Assembly: GCA_976226885.1 (NCBI GenBank)
Contig: OZ320318.1
Location: 86,366,001-86,430,000, forward strand
Direction: 5' to 3'
DNA length: 64,000 nucleotides
From: Iphione sp. A-MEVVRFRX5
Taxonomy: Eukaryota
Shown: in pieces, positions 1 through 13,600 of the stretch
Position numbering within the stretch: the stretch's first letter is position 1
Layout: every line of letters starts with the position of its first letter
The notes under the pieces: model-generated
Told to the model about the DNA's origin: nothing
Database searches by the model: none
What the model saw: the letters and a program-made list of their open reading frames with translations, nothing else
Translations under genes and position numbers: made by a program

Positions 1-1470
1 CCTGATCACGTGGTATGTCAGCGTCTGATACTAACACAGATTAAGGCCTCAGACTATGTAAGTAGACAGACATGCACTGGGAAAGAAAGTGGCGGTAGTT
101 GTTAGTGAGGAAACATTTCACGCTATTGTAAAAAACTCTTGTGATATTACTTGGCTCTGTGAAGATTAGAACATTTCGGTACACGTGTTTGTTTGATGAA
201 TCAAAACTGTATAGTCGTGCTCTTCCCCCTACTCCTTCTGTACAGTATTATGGAAAGGAAGCTCAGCTCGTTCCACAACATGAGATACTGAACTCACTGT
301 TGCTCCATATTTAAGTTTTAGAGCAAAATCTACGATTCCTAATAAGAGTTAATGAGAAATAGGGTAATTGTCTTATAATGACTACAAGCGCCTTCGGCAC
401 CTGCACTGGAGGTGTGTGTAGTGTGGTAAGGGAAGGGGTCAAAGTACAGACCCATCTAGCCTTTTACAACCTCGGTTCTGCTTGACTGAACAGAGGTGGG
501 TAGGGATACACCAGTCTGTGTAGAAAGTAGGGCCACATATGTCATATACTTTTTAGTAATAAGCATTTTATATACACAAAAGATGAATAATCATTCCTCT
601 TTTGGCTTACAATATAGCTATGGATGAAAAATTAATAAAAATAATGTATTTTGGTATAATCACATCAGAATGACATGTCAGCCCCCTTGGCCAGACTACT
701 TTCAGGCAACGTTTTATATAGGTAGTGTAATAAGATCCAGTTGTTTTTCGCCCCATCCACCGTGTCACCCTCTCTGTTTTTTTCGCAAGCACTTGTTATT
801 GCTGTCAGTGCTCTCATCTGGACTGTACTTCTATCAGCCGGTGCATCACCTAATTTCTTGCGATATATCTCTGTCCAGCACCCTGCTCCGATAACTCGCT
901 GCTATCTCCCAATCTACAAATATTTCCTCTCCTCTCCTCACCTGATAATCGGGAACGTCCTCCAATCGCAATCACAGAGACACAGAAGAATCAATAGCGC
1001 CCCCGATGAAAAATCTTCTGGACATCTGAAGAAGCTTTCGGAGGTCGTGACCTGGACGGCGTGACCTTGACGTGGGCGATGATAAAGGGTATGGGGAGTA
1101 GGGCATCGGTCGGTCGGTCGGTCGGGCGGCCAACCGCAGCCGACGATAAAAGAAGGTCATGACGACATTATCTCGCCTTCGTTCTCGGTTTTACATCACG
1201 CCACCCACAGGAGTAAAAGTTGCTTTTATTATCGCACATGCGACGCTGTAAAGCGTCCGTCTGGTACCGGAAGTGTATGGATCTGCCCTCTGATCCATGA
1301 GAAACGCCGACGGCGGGCGATTGTAAATCGTCGGTCGATTGTCGTCGATCGGCCACCCCTCTCGTAGATAGTGGCGCCGGTGAACGTAGATTGGCGGGAG
1401 CGAAACGGACAGGAAGGACGTACGAGGAGGAGGAGGAGGAGGAGAAGTAGGAGGAGAAGGAGGAGTAGGA

Positions 1471-1676
1471 NNNNNNNNNNNNNNNNNNNNNNNNNNNNNN
1501 NNNNNNNNNNNNNNNNNNNNNNNNNNNNNNNNNNNNNNNNNNNNNNNNNNNNNNNNNNNNNNNNNNNNNNNNNNNNNNNNNNNNNNNNNNNNNNNNNNNN
1601 NNNNNNNNNNNNNNNNNNNNNNNNNNNNNNNNNNNNNNNNNNNNNNNNNNNNNNNNNNNNNNNNNNNNNNNNNNNN
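1471..1676. other. Assembly gap (N run) flanked by (GAG)n microsatellite
   Basis: N run; GAG/AGG repeats on both sides (~1424-1470 and 1677-1745). Confidence 0.99.
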
Positions 1677-2137
1677 AGGAAGAGGAGGAGGAGTAGGAGG
1701 AGGAGGAGGAGCAGGGGGAGGAGGAGGAGGAGGGAAGAGGAGGATGACGGTCTGTTTCAAAAACATTTTGGTTACAAGTGGCCTAAGGCCACCGAATCTG
1801 TAGGTACTGCTCTTTCGTTATATAGAGTTTCCTTACCAGAGGATCTGTTAAGTAAAGTACACCTGTATATAAAAGATACATGCAGAGTAGCCATAATGTT
1901 TTCGGCCAATGAGGCTGTGGGGACAAAGAGGTCATGACGCCGGATAAACTCAAAGTAGAGGTCCTGCCCCGAGAGACTGGCAATCACGCCGCTAGTCAGG
2001 CCTTGAAAGGTATGCAAAATGACAAGGAAAAACACCTAGCAACATTAAAAGGCATAGGCAGACTAGCCCGACGGTCAGCGTGGTAGCGGGTGAATGAGTA
2101 AGAGGTGAGACCACTCACACATAACCCCCCAACAGTT

Positions 2138-2340
2138 CCGTCTATCCCGGGATTAGACGGTCAGGGTAACCCTACCTCGTTGGCTTGGACCATATTATAA
2201 GCCCCTCTTTGTAGGCCTCCGTGGACCGTTAGTGTCTTTGAAATAGAGGGGGGCGAGGCCTGATTGGGCGGGGGAGGAGGCGTGGTCAGGTGGGGGCGGA
2301 GCCACGCTGACAGATTGACTGATATCCGGGATATCACCTC
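2138..2340 (-). promoter_or_regulatory. Promoter-like GC island (GC boxes, CCAAT, TATA-like) with palindromes
   Basis: GGGGCGGAGC 2293-2302; ATTGG 2263-2267 overlapping GGGCGGGG; TATTATAA 2193-2200; palindromes at 2138-2160 and 2320-2336. Motif order implies leftward transcription (inference). Confidence 0.4.
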
Positions 2341-2507
2341 TACTCACCTCTACCATACGATCCCCCCCCACACACAAACACACACACACACATATTATCC
2401 CACATTGCCAAATAGGCCAATATCAATATGACACGACAGGCCTCTCGTTCGCCTTCTCTGATGATGCATGTTGGTGTCGTACTTCGACGGTAACAGAGCA
2501 GGCCTAA

Positions 2508-3116
2508 GGCCCGGTTTCCTTATGTGCGGTGGTATGCGGTGGTATGCGGCGAGGTCTGCGTGCGTTTCTAGTGCGTTTGTGTGCGTTTTTGTTTTACCGC
2601 ACGGCGACGCACAGGGGTGTCTTTTGACAACCAGTGCGGGCCAGTGCGGACCAGTGCGTTGTATGACTGGAAAATACGAAAAACGGCAAAAATCCGCCGA
2701 AAACCGGCAAATTACATGAAAACTGGGCCGAAAAACGCCTATTTCATGCAAATTCGGCCGAAAAACGGCAAATTTCATGCAAATTCGGCCGAAAAACGGC
2801 AAAAATGTGTGGAAAAATTCGGGAAAAAAACGGCATTGTGCGTAAATGTGCGGATATGTGTGGTATCCAGAGTCAAAAGTGAGTCAAAGTGAGTCAAAGT
2901 GAGTCAAAATGATGGAAATACCAGTGCGTTGCTGTGCGTGTGCGTGGAATTTACGGGAAGGGTCCGAAAATGGGCTCCGCACGGCTCCGCATGGCTCCGC
3001 ACACGGATGGCAACGCAGGTAAGGAACACCCTTCATTAAAATAACCGTGACAGTAAAATTGGTGCGTTTTCCGCACTGCAACGCACGCATGGCTACGCAC
3101 ATAAGGAAACCGGGCC
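2508..3116. mobile_element. Non-autonomous PIF/Harbinger-like MITE (609 bp)
   Basis: Perfect 21-bp TIRs GGCCCGGTTTCCTTATGTGCG (2508-2528) and CGCACATAAGGAAACCGGGCC (3096-3116); TAA target-site duplication at 2505-2507 and 3117-3119; internal 31-bp and 10-bp tandem repeats. Confidence 0.9.
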
Positions 3117-3632
3117 TAACGGTCTAGGTGCGTGTCTGTCAAGGTGGTACTCGGTTTTATCTTAAGGCTCAAACCCATTAACGGCAAATGTACACCGTTT
3201 ATCATCCTAAATATATTCTGTTCATTGCATGTCTACAACGGATTATTCGTCAGTTATTATTAGAATCACTTGATCTGGAGGATCTTGTGAAGAGAGAATT
3301 CTCTTCTGAAATCAATCTATATACGCCGCAATGGATATGAGTCTTAAAAAAACAACCATGTCATGTTAACACGTCTTCAAATCACGCATACCTATCGATT
3401 TCCCGACCAAAAAAGCTGTAGCAGCAATGCAAACGCAACAAAAGGAAAGCGATTAAAAAAAGATTGCATCTTTCAAGTTCAGGAACACAGTAAGGCAAGG
3501 CTTGCAAAAGGAGAAACACGCTAAACAAAGGGTTCACGCCCCTTAAGTGGTGCACAGTAAAAACAAAAACAAAGACCTAGCGCCAATGCTAGTGTAAATG
3601 AATTAGCACCTGTGTTCCGTCTCCCTTTGCTG

Positions 3633-3828
3633 NNNNNNNNNNNNNNNNNNNNNNNNNNNNNNNNNNNNNNNNNNNNNNNNNNNNNNNNNNNNNNNNNNNN
3701 NNNNNNNNNNNNNNNNNNNNNNNNNNNNNNNNNNNNNNNNNNNNNNNNNNNNNNNNNNNNNNNNNNNNNNNNNNNNNNNNNNNNNNNNNNNNNNNNNNNN
3801 NNNNNNNNNNNNNNNNNNNNNNNNNNNN
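3633..3828. other. Assembly gap (N run)
   Basis: N run, followed by CT-rich low-complexity DNA. Confidence 0.99.
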
Positions 3829-5520
3829 CCCGTGCCCTCTCTGTCCCTTTCTTTACCTTTGTATTTATAGATGATATATCGAGGAAGTCACCGGTATTTC
3901 TTACCATTTCGTCCCCCTCTCCTCTCCTCTCTTTGCGCCTCTGTCTCTGTCTGTCTTTCTCTCTTTCTCTCTAACTGTACTCCCTCCTACTCCGTGCCCT
4001 GTCTGCCTCTAACTAAGTGTGTTTGGCTCTTCTATTACCTCCATATTTATCGATGATACGTGTATATTGAGGAATCACGGATATTTGTTACCACTTCGTC
4101 CTCCTCTCTCTCCCTCTCTCTCTCCCTCCCCTCTTTTTCCCTCTCTCTCTCCGTCTCCCCCCCCTCCCATCTTTCGGAAATTCAGTCATCCAGTGCTTAC
4201 ATTCTCCTTCACATTCCCCTTCACAGTATATCGCCATCTGTGAACCTTTTATTTGCCATCTTTAAATATATGCACCATCTTTCGCGGTTTTGGATTAAGC
4301 TCTCACAGGTGCCATCGGAGAAGCAGAATCGAAGCGAGCTGAGCAGGCACAAGCAAAAATTTATTCTCCAACTCAAATTTCTTCCTCCTCATTCTCACCA
4401 AAACATGCCATACCTGGCACGCCCTCCCATTTCCAGCATCCTAGGTACCACCGACATATACCCTCTAAACCGATGAATACAGTTACTGGAAGGTAAACTC
4501 ATTTACACTGGGTGTTTTATAGTCATTCTGTACAGGACCTCTCTGTGTATTAATGGGTGGTTGTAATAGAGCTTGTATATATCCCCCCGCCCGCCTACAA
4601 CTGCTCTCTCGCAGTGTATGTTACCGTGACTTTCACATTTGTTTTAAAACTCGATTCGCAAAGTGGCTTCATAGATTTGTGCAGCGGCCGATATATTAGC
4701 TTGCATATAGCTCTAATCTCTCTCTCTCTCTATTCAATGAAACACTCCTTCTAAGAGAGCCTTTCATGTTGCTTGCTGTGTGTCCTTATAATTCCACCTG
4801 CAAGAGTACATACATATATCCCTTTGCATTCAAACAACCTATTAAAACATTTTACTATAACCTTCCTCACTTCATTATAATTCTATTCTATTCATCAAAC
4901 TTTTACATTTGAACCAGACAATGTAGAGGATACTATTATTCTGCGTGCTTGAAGGTAATCTGGCCTCTATAGTTTGTATTTCTTGTGAAGCGCATATATA
5001 CATTGCTATCGTCTTGCTGTGTATAGGCTTTTGTGGTTGTCTCCAAATTACACACAGTAGTGGATTGCTCATGATCGTCAAGTATATAAATCTTCAGCCT
5101 CCCACGAATAAGGTAGTATCATGCCATTTGTAAGACTATGAGCTTGAGACAGTAGCAGCTCACCTTGTGGCCAGCAATGCAACTAGGAGGGTAACTCAGG
5201 ACTCAGGATTAATTTGGTTGGTCCCCATGATTTATTTTCTATGATATAATTAGTTTAGGTAGGAGGGCAACTTACAGCCAACAGCAACTTTGTCTGGTTC
5301 CATTGGTGGTCTTTATTCAGAGTTGCTACTTTATTCCTAACAACATTTATATACAGGAGGCATGTTTAGCCCCTAGGGTCTTTTGTTACTTTCGTTCCTA
5401 TGGTAAAAATTTGAAGAGTTTCTTTTCAATTCTACACTTTCCCAATTTTAAGTAATTGAGGTGTTGAATGGGGGTGAGGTGGCGAATATATCAAGAAAGC
5501 ATGGGTGGTCTTTCTGTTAA

Positions 5521-5521
5521 T

Positions 5522-5558
<37 letters not shown>
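5521..5558. repeat. (CT)n microsatellite
   Basis: Direct reading. Confidence 0.95.
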
Positions 5559-5559
<1 letters not shown>

Positions 5560-8142
5560 AAAAAAAGGCGTCATGTTCAAGTAATTTAAGAAGTCTGGCC
5601 AGGGTCGATACAGTTGTGAATTAGAATGATCCATCTTAAAGGCAATTGAATTTCTCCTGAATTGCTGATTCCATTTGCACCAGGCGCTCTGTAATCCACT
5701 AACGGGGGGAACAGGCCATTGACAGAGATCCCCCTCAAAGCGTGTTGTGCAGCAGAAGTAGAACGGGTGAGGGGATGGGGGAGTGGGGGTAGAGACAGGA
5801 ATGATAGAGAGAAAGCCGCCGAAAGGGATATATAGAGTATGGAGAAGAGGAGCAACAACAACAAAGGAGTAGTGAAAGATGGGAAGAATATTTGAGAATA
5901 AAAAGAGAATTTTCGAGACAGAAAAGAAGGAAGCATGAACAGAAAGACAAGAGTAACAGAAGAAGGCGGCGGGTGTGGTCCATCACTGGAGAGAAAGAGA
6001 AAAGAAGAGAATGAAATTATACGATTGAATTCTCCTAGGAGATCTAATGATGACGAAAAAAATACTAAAATGTAGTAAAAAACTGACCGAATGTATACGA
6101 GCCAGATATGAAAGGAAACATTGTGAAAGGAAATGGAAGATACACATGCAAAATTCCAGTCCAGTATCATATTAACAGCTCTGGACGACTGGGTCTGATA
6201 CATTTTGGTCGTAAATAGAAAAAAATGAAAAGGAACTGGAATAAAATTGGTCTTGGCAGCTGACCGTCATGGTTACAATCAACGTCGGGATATCATCGAC
6301 GACATTTCCGCTGGTCACGATAACGACGGAACCCAGCAGACGTTATTAGTCACTTTCCTTCTATTGTACGAAGACGCAGCGTATAATTCCCAAGATGGCC
6401 CCTCTCTCTCCCGGCGTAGGTCAAGGCACCAGACGGGCCTCTCTCCCGGCGTAGGTCAAGGCACCAGACGGTGTGACTCCCACCGGTTATTAGCTCAAAA
6501 TGGGAGTCAAAAGCCGTGTGATTATATTCTCCTGGGTGCCATAGCAGCTGGGCTAACCCTTGAGGCATTGGCTGCCAAAGGGCAGCCATTGCAACCCCTT
6601 TCATTAGCATTGACTGTCTTGCTTTCTAGTGCACTTGTCTTCATTTACGACTTCCTGCCCACACCTGGCCCTTTCGGACTTCCTTCCTGTTCTCTCAATC
6701 GCTCTCTCTCCCTACTTGGCTTTTTCTTAATTCCCTCCTTACGTCTCTTTCTTCTTCATTACCGTCCCTTTTCGGCATTAATGCTCTGTTTTCTCGACAC
6801 CTCGTTCGTTCATTCTTTCTACCGGTACGTCTTTATCCCGCCCTATCCCGTCCGGCTACTTTCTCGTATGTCCTACCCTTAAACCTCCTCTGTCGCCGTT
6901 TCTTTCGCTCATTCTCTCCCCAGATGTCTCTCTTTCTCCTCTTTCTTTATTCTTTACAGTATTTCTGTTTTAACCCTCCTCTATAATGACATCTTTTCTC
7001 TAATCTCTCAGCCTTCCTTTCTTTCTCTTTACCACATTTCCCTCATTCGTTTGAGTTTTCTCCCTTGTACCCACTATGGCGATTATCTCATCTTTCTATT
7101 CGATGTTTCTTTGTCTCTCCCCCTTCTTTTCAACACTTTTCCTCTCTCATACTCATCTTAACTGTTTCTATCCCTAACTCAGTCTCTCTGTTTCTGTCTC
7201 TCCCTCTATCTCTCTCTATACATGTACATATATATCTCTCTCTATATATATATTTATATCCCTCTCACACACAACTTGTTCCCACATCTCCATCACAGGA
7301 TTCGGCAAGGCTGCCCCGACAGAGAAGCCTTCTCCAGGGGGTATAAAGGTCACGATCGAATGCATATGGCGGGTGCACGTGTAGACGCAAGGGGTGACGT
7401 GGAGAGTGTCCTTGGGCCGGGCCGAGGTCGACTCGGCGGCCGCTTGGGGGCGGTCGGCGGTCGGCGGTTCGGGGCGACGCCTGACGGTGGGGGGGATACA
7501 GACTAATAGCCTGGTATCGACGCCGCTAGACGGCAGCACCCCGAAGACACGAAGGACCCACTCGGTGCGTTACTCCACCTGCGGGTACCTCTGTCGAAAT
7601 TGGCCAGCAAATAGAGATGCATTAAGTAATTTGGCCAAAGCCTGTTAGCAACGCTAGGGGGGGCCGCTCCCTCAGCGCCCCCCCACACCCCCCAACCCCA
7701 CGCCCCACCCCACCCCATCCCATCCGGTGCCACGCCCGCACGCAATTCTGCCACCACTTCCCCTTGCAACTGTTTGAGTTAGGTCACAATTTGTTGGAAG
7801 AGTATTAGCCACATTGCAGAAGCAGATTGATGCAGACGATTGCTGCGAGGAGCTCAGTGATTTAATTGCAATCAGGGAAAGGCGCTCTTTAATAGTCACT
7901 GAAATTGTAGTTTAGATTTATCTGTAACAGGAAACGGAGCATACGGTGGAATTTGTTATATTCGATGTACATGTCTCTAATAGGATACCTATAACAGCGA
8001 TACTTTGGGAAAAAAAACAGATTATATTTATTATATATATTAACCGACGTCTCTGCTAGGGATATGTCTTAATTAAGAACAGTTGGGAAAAAATAAGAGT
8101 GTCCTGATTTGATACGTTAACTACCGTCGCCTAGATTGTAAT

Positions 8143-8165
8143 AGTGGTAGTAGTGCTAGTAGCAA

Positions 8166-8198
<33 letters not shown>

Positions 8199-8220
8199 TA
8201 GTAGTCGTAGTAGCAGCATT
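8143..8220. repeat. (GTA/GTC)n trinucleotide microsatellite
   Basis: Direct reading; source of the poly-V and poly-L ORFs. Confidence 0.9.
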
Positions 8221-9559
8221 ACCGGACAGTCAGGGTCGGCCTCTAGCGGTGGATATGGAATCAGGTCGCTGGGTGCCGTGGATGGCCCCCGCGCGGGCCG
8301 TGGTAGGTGTAGCAAGGCTCTCTAGGTACCAGCTAGCTTCCAGGAGAAGGAGGAGACGTGGTAGATATATCAAGCAGCGTCGTACATTCATTTGAGACGC
8401 TGTAATGGCGTTAGGCGGTCGGGGTTGGTTATGAGAAGCCGCTTATAGGCGACGAGTAGGCTGATAGTACAGGGGAGTCTATGGAAGCCTATGTCTTCTA
8501 TGGTGTGCTGCTACCACTCCACCTTGGCGCACTCCCTGCTTAGCTATACATGTTCTGGTCCCTGAGTCCATTTGCATTATTTAACCCGATTCCTGGTACT
8601 CAGGATAACACTGCCTGTCGACCAAGCTTCTTTACTTTAGGTATTGGTCGAGACTGCAGTCTCCTCTGTTTAGTAGGACTATAGGACGGGGGGAGGGGGG
8701 TATGCAAAGAGTCCATCTCTTATGTACAAATACTGACCCTTCCTATAGTAGGCGACCGGCTCCGTACAACCTTCCTGTACCAAAGACCTTTACGTAACCT
8801 TTAGGGATTTGATATATTCATGAATGAATTCATTCTTCCCCATCCTTTTCAGGCTGTTCATAGCACAAGGTTGAGATGCTAGTTCTTTCTAGTCCACGCA
8901 AATTTAGTTGAATAATCATAAATTCCAATCAAATTCTCCATTTTGTTTCCGATGGTAATATAATCTGCACTGCATGTCACAATAAGAATATATTGTCGAT
9001 TTATGTTGATGATATCATATAAAAGTTCAATTATGAAATAAATTGTATTCCCATTTAGATGCCACTTGTGGTATTTTTTTCATAAACTGATGTTTCTTTT
9101 GTCAGCAATAGGCAGCCGCACCTTGGCAGTTCAGAACCAAACCGAACCAGTTTCTGCCGCGAGACCAACCCCCCGCCCCCCACCCCCCACTCCGCTGCGG
9201 CACTAACTGCGCGTCATGGCTTTCGGACAACTGTAATTTGTCACAGTGCCAACTTTTGCAGTGTACTAGGCTATTATCTTCTCTCTGTCGATATCTAAGC
9301 TTTTTCTGTCTTTCTCCCTCGATCATGACTTGTCTAGCTTCATTCTGGGTTTGAACCATTCTTTCTCTATAATTTCCTTCGTATTCTTACCAACCTTACT
9401 CTCTATGTCTGTCATGTATTCGATCCATTTTATGCTCTCTGTCTCTGTCCCTTTGTCTGTGCGTGTGTGAGCCCTGTAGTCTTTCACTTTCCCTCTTTTT
9501 CTTTCTCGCTCTTTCCTTCTCTCTCATTCTCTCCCGCTCGCTCATTCCATGTCCGGTAT

Positions 9560-9860
9560 TTCCTGCGCTACAATGTAGTCGTCCCTCGCCCACACACCAC
9601 CGGAAGTGATCTACCCCACCAGGTGGCGTCGGCTGCAAAGGCTACCGATCCATTAGCCACGGCCTCCACTTCCGGCCAACCACTGCAGCGCCCTCTAACC
9701 TCGGCAGTCACATGATACACTTACTGCGCGTGCGCAGGTCACTCGCACTGAATGCCTTTGTCCCAGACTGAGCCAATGGTGGGAGGAGGTTGGGGGGTTA
9801 TAGATGGGTGCCCGGGGAGGACTTATAGCAACGTCCAGTAAGAGTATAAAAGGGTGTAAG
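9560..9860 (+). promoter_or_regulatory. Classical Pol II promoter-like module
   Basis: ETS CCGGAAGTG 9600-9608 and CACTTCCGG 9667-9675; CTCF-like CCACCAGGTGGCG 9616-9628; NRF1-like TGCGCGTGCGCA 9725-9736; CCAAT 9773-9777; TATAAAA 9845-9851, with canonical CCAAT-TATA spacing. No intact ORF follows. Confidence 0.5.
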
Positions 9861-10343
9861 CTATACGCTTAGATGAGGTGGGAGGGTCTGATAGGAGAGA
9901 GGGGGGGAGGGGAGGGAGGGGGTCAAAGCGTGACTGAGGGAGAAGCCCCAGCGGATACTTAGATTCTCAACGGCATAAAACAAAGAGTCTGAAGTAATTT
10001 ACCACATCGATAATACAAGAACAGATTAAAAGAGAGTGGGAAGAGAGGAAGAAAGCAAGTAACATTATTTTTAAAGAAAAGAAAATCAGAGAAAAACGTT
10101 TCCATGAAAGACAGCGGAACAGTGATATACAACCATTTTAAAGACAAAAGTAGCGGGACAGAGATAGGGAAAGCCAGCCATCGAATTTCGATACGAATGA
10201 GACATATCACATGAGAAATAAGAATCTTCGGTAGATAAACCACAGTGTTTGTCACGTGCCGCATGTTCGGTATCAGATACACTGGATCCTCCCGCGGGGG
10301 GGGGGGCCGTCAGGGACTCCATCTCCTCCCAATCCCGCTGTAA

Positions 10344-10633
10344 GCATCGCCATTTTGAGGGTCCCTCGGCGGGGATATATGCCAGCATATCCACCAAGTC
10401 GACTGATTATCGCCCACAGGAGTTGCGCGTACAAACAGCATCGCCATTTTGACGGTCGCTCGGTGGGGATATATGACAGCGTATCCACCAAGTCGACTGA
10501 TTATCACCCACCGGAGTTGTGCGTACAAACAGCATCGCCATTTTGACGGTCGCTCGGTCGGGATATATGCCAGCGTATCCACCAAGTGGACTTATTATCG
10601 CCCACTGGAGCTCTGCGTACAAACAGCATCGCC
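10344..10633. repeat. 94-bp tandem array (3 full copies plus a partial copy)
   Basis: Unit starts GCATCGCC at 10344, 10438, 10532 and 10626; the three full units each contain CGCCATTTT. Confidence 0.95.
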
Positions 10634-13600
10634 CACACTAGATCCCAGCAACGATCCCCTGGCCCAGAAGATCACGTGGTAAATAATCACATCATCCTGC
10701 CAGCGGAAAGGAATGCGGCCTTTGTTTGATCTGCACGCTGTAGAGAAGGGGGTGGGGGTGAGGGGGTTGGGGGGAGATCTGGTTGACTGGCACGCTGGGG
10801 TTTGTATCATTGGCATCTAGTGTGCCACACTGGCCGTAAGAGAAATCTGCAAACAGATGTCGTTTATAGTAATATATAGACTGTTTTCCTACAGTCTGCT
10901 TGTCCCCAAGGTGTACTTTGGCTATAATTTGGCCTGCTGTGACAGGCAATGTGGTGGTGGAATGGGATACAGTCCAGTCGGTACCAATGGAAAGACCAGT
11001 AAAGAGGATTATGTAGATTATTTTATAGAACTGATTTTTATTTTTATTTTATGAACTATAAAAGAGGACAGGCTTTTAATGCTTTGGATGGTTTTGATAA
11101 GATAAAAACCTAAATAAATTTGAGGGACTCCAGAGTATATGCGTGTGAAAAACGTGTTTTATATATAAATGCGTGTGTGTGAACTGTAACATTCCTTAAT
11201 AATGAAAATATTGAGATTCGTTTGAACATGCAACAGACTGCAGAGAATGAAAAAAACGTAGCACATCTAATAACTTTGGCCCTCACCCTCTTACCATACA
11301 GTTGTTCAACTCAGAACTTATCACCACTGCAAAGACAGGCCCTTTTCGTGGTGGCATCTGTAGAAACAGCCGTCATATCGATTCCTTTGCCGAACAGTCG
11401 AATGTATAGTTCACATTTTTGCGCACCCCCATGTGGTACAGTTGCGTGCCACGAGAGGGAGTAACGCCGCCAGGCCCCTTACCCTGGCCGAGCGGACCAA
11501 TCAGCAGCGACCTGCGTGGCCGGACCACCCGAGTTTCTCACGCCAGGTCGGGGGGCCCCAAGGTGTCTGGCTGGGACGTTAAGGTTTTGTATTTGAACAA
11601 GGTGGGAGGGTTGGATGCGCGTACAACACATTGGTTGCGGGGGGGGGGGTATACATGGCAACTTCAGGTTTCCACTAGTTACAAAGATGTAGGCTATTAA
11701 GGACGCTGTTTAGCAGGACTATATGCATATGAAGGATGACTTGGGGAGAGGGGGGGGGGGGCATGTCTCATTCTTGTAGGAGGGGTAGGCGAAGATAGGG
11801 GTTGTGAAGGTTGTTGGTCTATGCCAGGAAGTCAGACTTACACATGCGCAATAGCAGCAGGGATCGCGCCGACGAAGTGGAGGCCGAGACATAACGGCGG
11901 ACGCTGCGTTCGCTTCCCCGCCCCGCCCCGCCGAACTGAAGCGAACTCCTCACGCTATCAGTAAATAACGTTACGAGAGTGTCGCTTCACGCAGACAATT
12001 GGGCTAGTTTGATACCCAAGCGAAACTGTAAACTAACTCACTTACCGACTAAATTGCCATAAATAACATTGTTTACGTCTGCCCGGCTCGCCACCGCACC
12101 CTGGCGGTGATGGGATGAACTAGCGGCATATTTCACGGCAAGGCGCCTTCATTTTGACGCCGGCGTCGAACTGAACGCCACTTAGAGACGCCGCGTGGGG
12201 CCTCGTTCTGGCGTTGAAACCACTTGCAGGCCCTCATCCCTTTGCCGTTTCATCTCCAGTGTTGGGGACGACAATCGTCCGGGGGCCGCACAACAAGATT
12301 TATTGACGGAGATAGGTCCGGGGGGCGAAGCAGACGATCACTTCTGACTGTCGCCCGTTTTGGCGGGAAAGTAAGCGTGCGGCGCGCCGATAACGTATGG
12401 TAATCCTCGGCCACATCGATCGAGCGACGCGAGATATCTTATGGATTCGCCGTCCTGAAAGCGGCAGACGACAATTCGCTCAATACTTGCCGCGTCGCAA
12501 ATTGCCGCTACTCACAATTCCATTCTAATTGATTTGGTTTTCTTCTCCGGCACAAAAGGACTGCTTCTTAGTATCGCTTTTTCTTTAATTGTAACGACAG
12601 CATAACTACAACAAATGTCATTTGCACGTTGTAGATCTTACAGGGGGAAAACTCTAACAAGCTTTTATATTAAGCAAGTCTCAGCGAAAAAAGGAAGTGC
12701 ACTTTCCGGACTGTTTCTGCTTTAATTTCCACGTTTCATCGGATATCGATAAACAACTGCGATGTAAATTTCGGACTAAAGCAAGCATTATCTGCTCCTG
12801 CTCTGATCAATTAGGGGATGATACACTTCTAAAAGGGGAAAGCGAACAATGGGACATTTCCCGCCTAATGAAAGCCCTCGAAAAAGATGTTCTTTATGTT
12901 TCCCGTTCTCGAACGTTCTAGTAGATATCGAACGTTCTCCATTTGCGCTTCTACTATACATATTTCTTTGAGGAAAAAATACAAAAGGCATTTCCAGAAC
13001 CATTTCGTGCAGTTGAAAACGGAGGAGGGGATGGAATATGGAAGAGGACCAATAGAATGAAATACGAATGCTGATGTGCTTGAAGGGGTAGCATATGTGA
13101 GATGGGAATTTATTTCTAGATGTAGAAGGGTGGGGATCAAGTGTGTGAAACACTTATAATGGTGCTCTGTATGTGGATGTAACGGGTAGAAGATGGAGGT
13201 ATGATAGGTTTGGGGGGGAATTGTAACGCCCGTGTTACTGTGGCAACGCACGAAGTGTAAGATGTCCATCTGTAAATGTAGGTGGTACAGGAAATATAAT
13301 GGCTAAATGTTACTGTGAGAGGTATGTACAGCAAATCTGAGGTATGGTTGGTCAAGGGAATGTAATGTATCTACGCTATTTGGCATGGGGATGTATCAAG
13401 TGTATTATGGAAAAGGTATAGGTGGAAGCAGAGTTATGTAAAATTCATACTTTTTTGATAAATATACATGTACACACAGCGTGAGACACTTGGTGGTACA
13501 GGTGGATAGGTTGGCATTATACTCCTAAATTTACAGCATGCCTGAGGTGTTGATTGTATTGGAATAGTGCATAGTAGGAATGTACCCCTGGTGTTACTAG

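Noticed and set aside
1191-1937. Arg-rich ORF (1371-1937) resembling a ssDNA-virus capsid or protamine N-terminus, and its Pro-rich antisense
   Set aside because: The Arg run is a (GAG)n microsatellite spanning an N gap with a non-ATG start; artefact.
5586-6882. 205-aa and 211-aa hydrophobic ORFs
   Set aside because: They come from purine/pyrimidine-skewed low-complexity DNA, with no recognisable domain or splice context.
10344-10633. CRISPR-like appearance of the regular arrays (also 18270-18640 and 34690-35585)
   Set aside because: Head-to-tail tandem units without unique spacers, no cas genes, eukaryotic context.
8666-11723. 18-mer CTGTTTAG(T/C)AGGACTATA shared between 8666 and 11706
   Set aside because: A few such 1-mismatch pairs are expected by chance in 64 kb, and the flanks do not extend the match.
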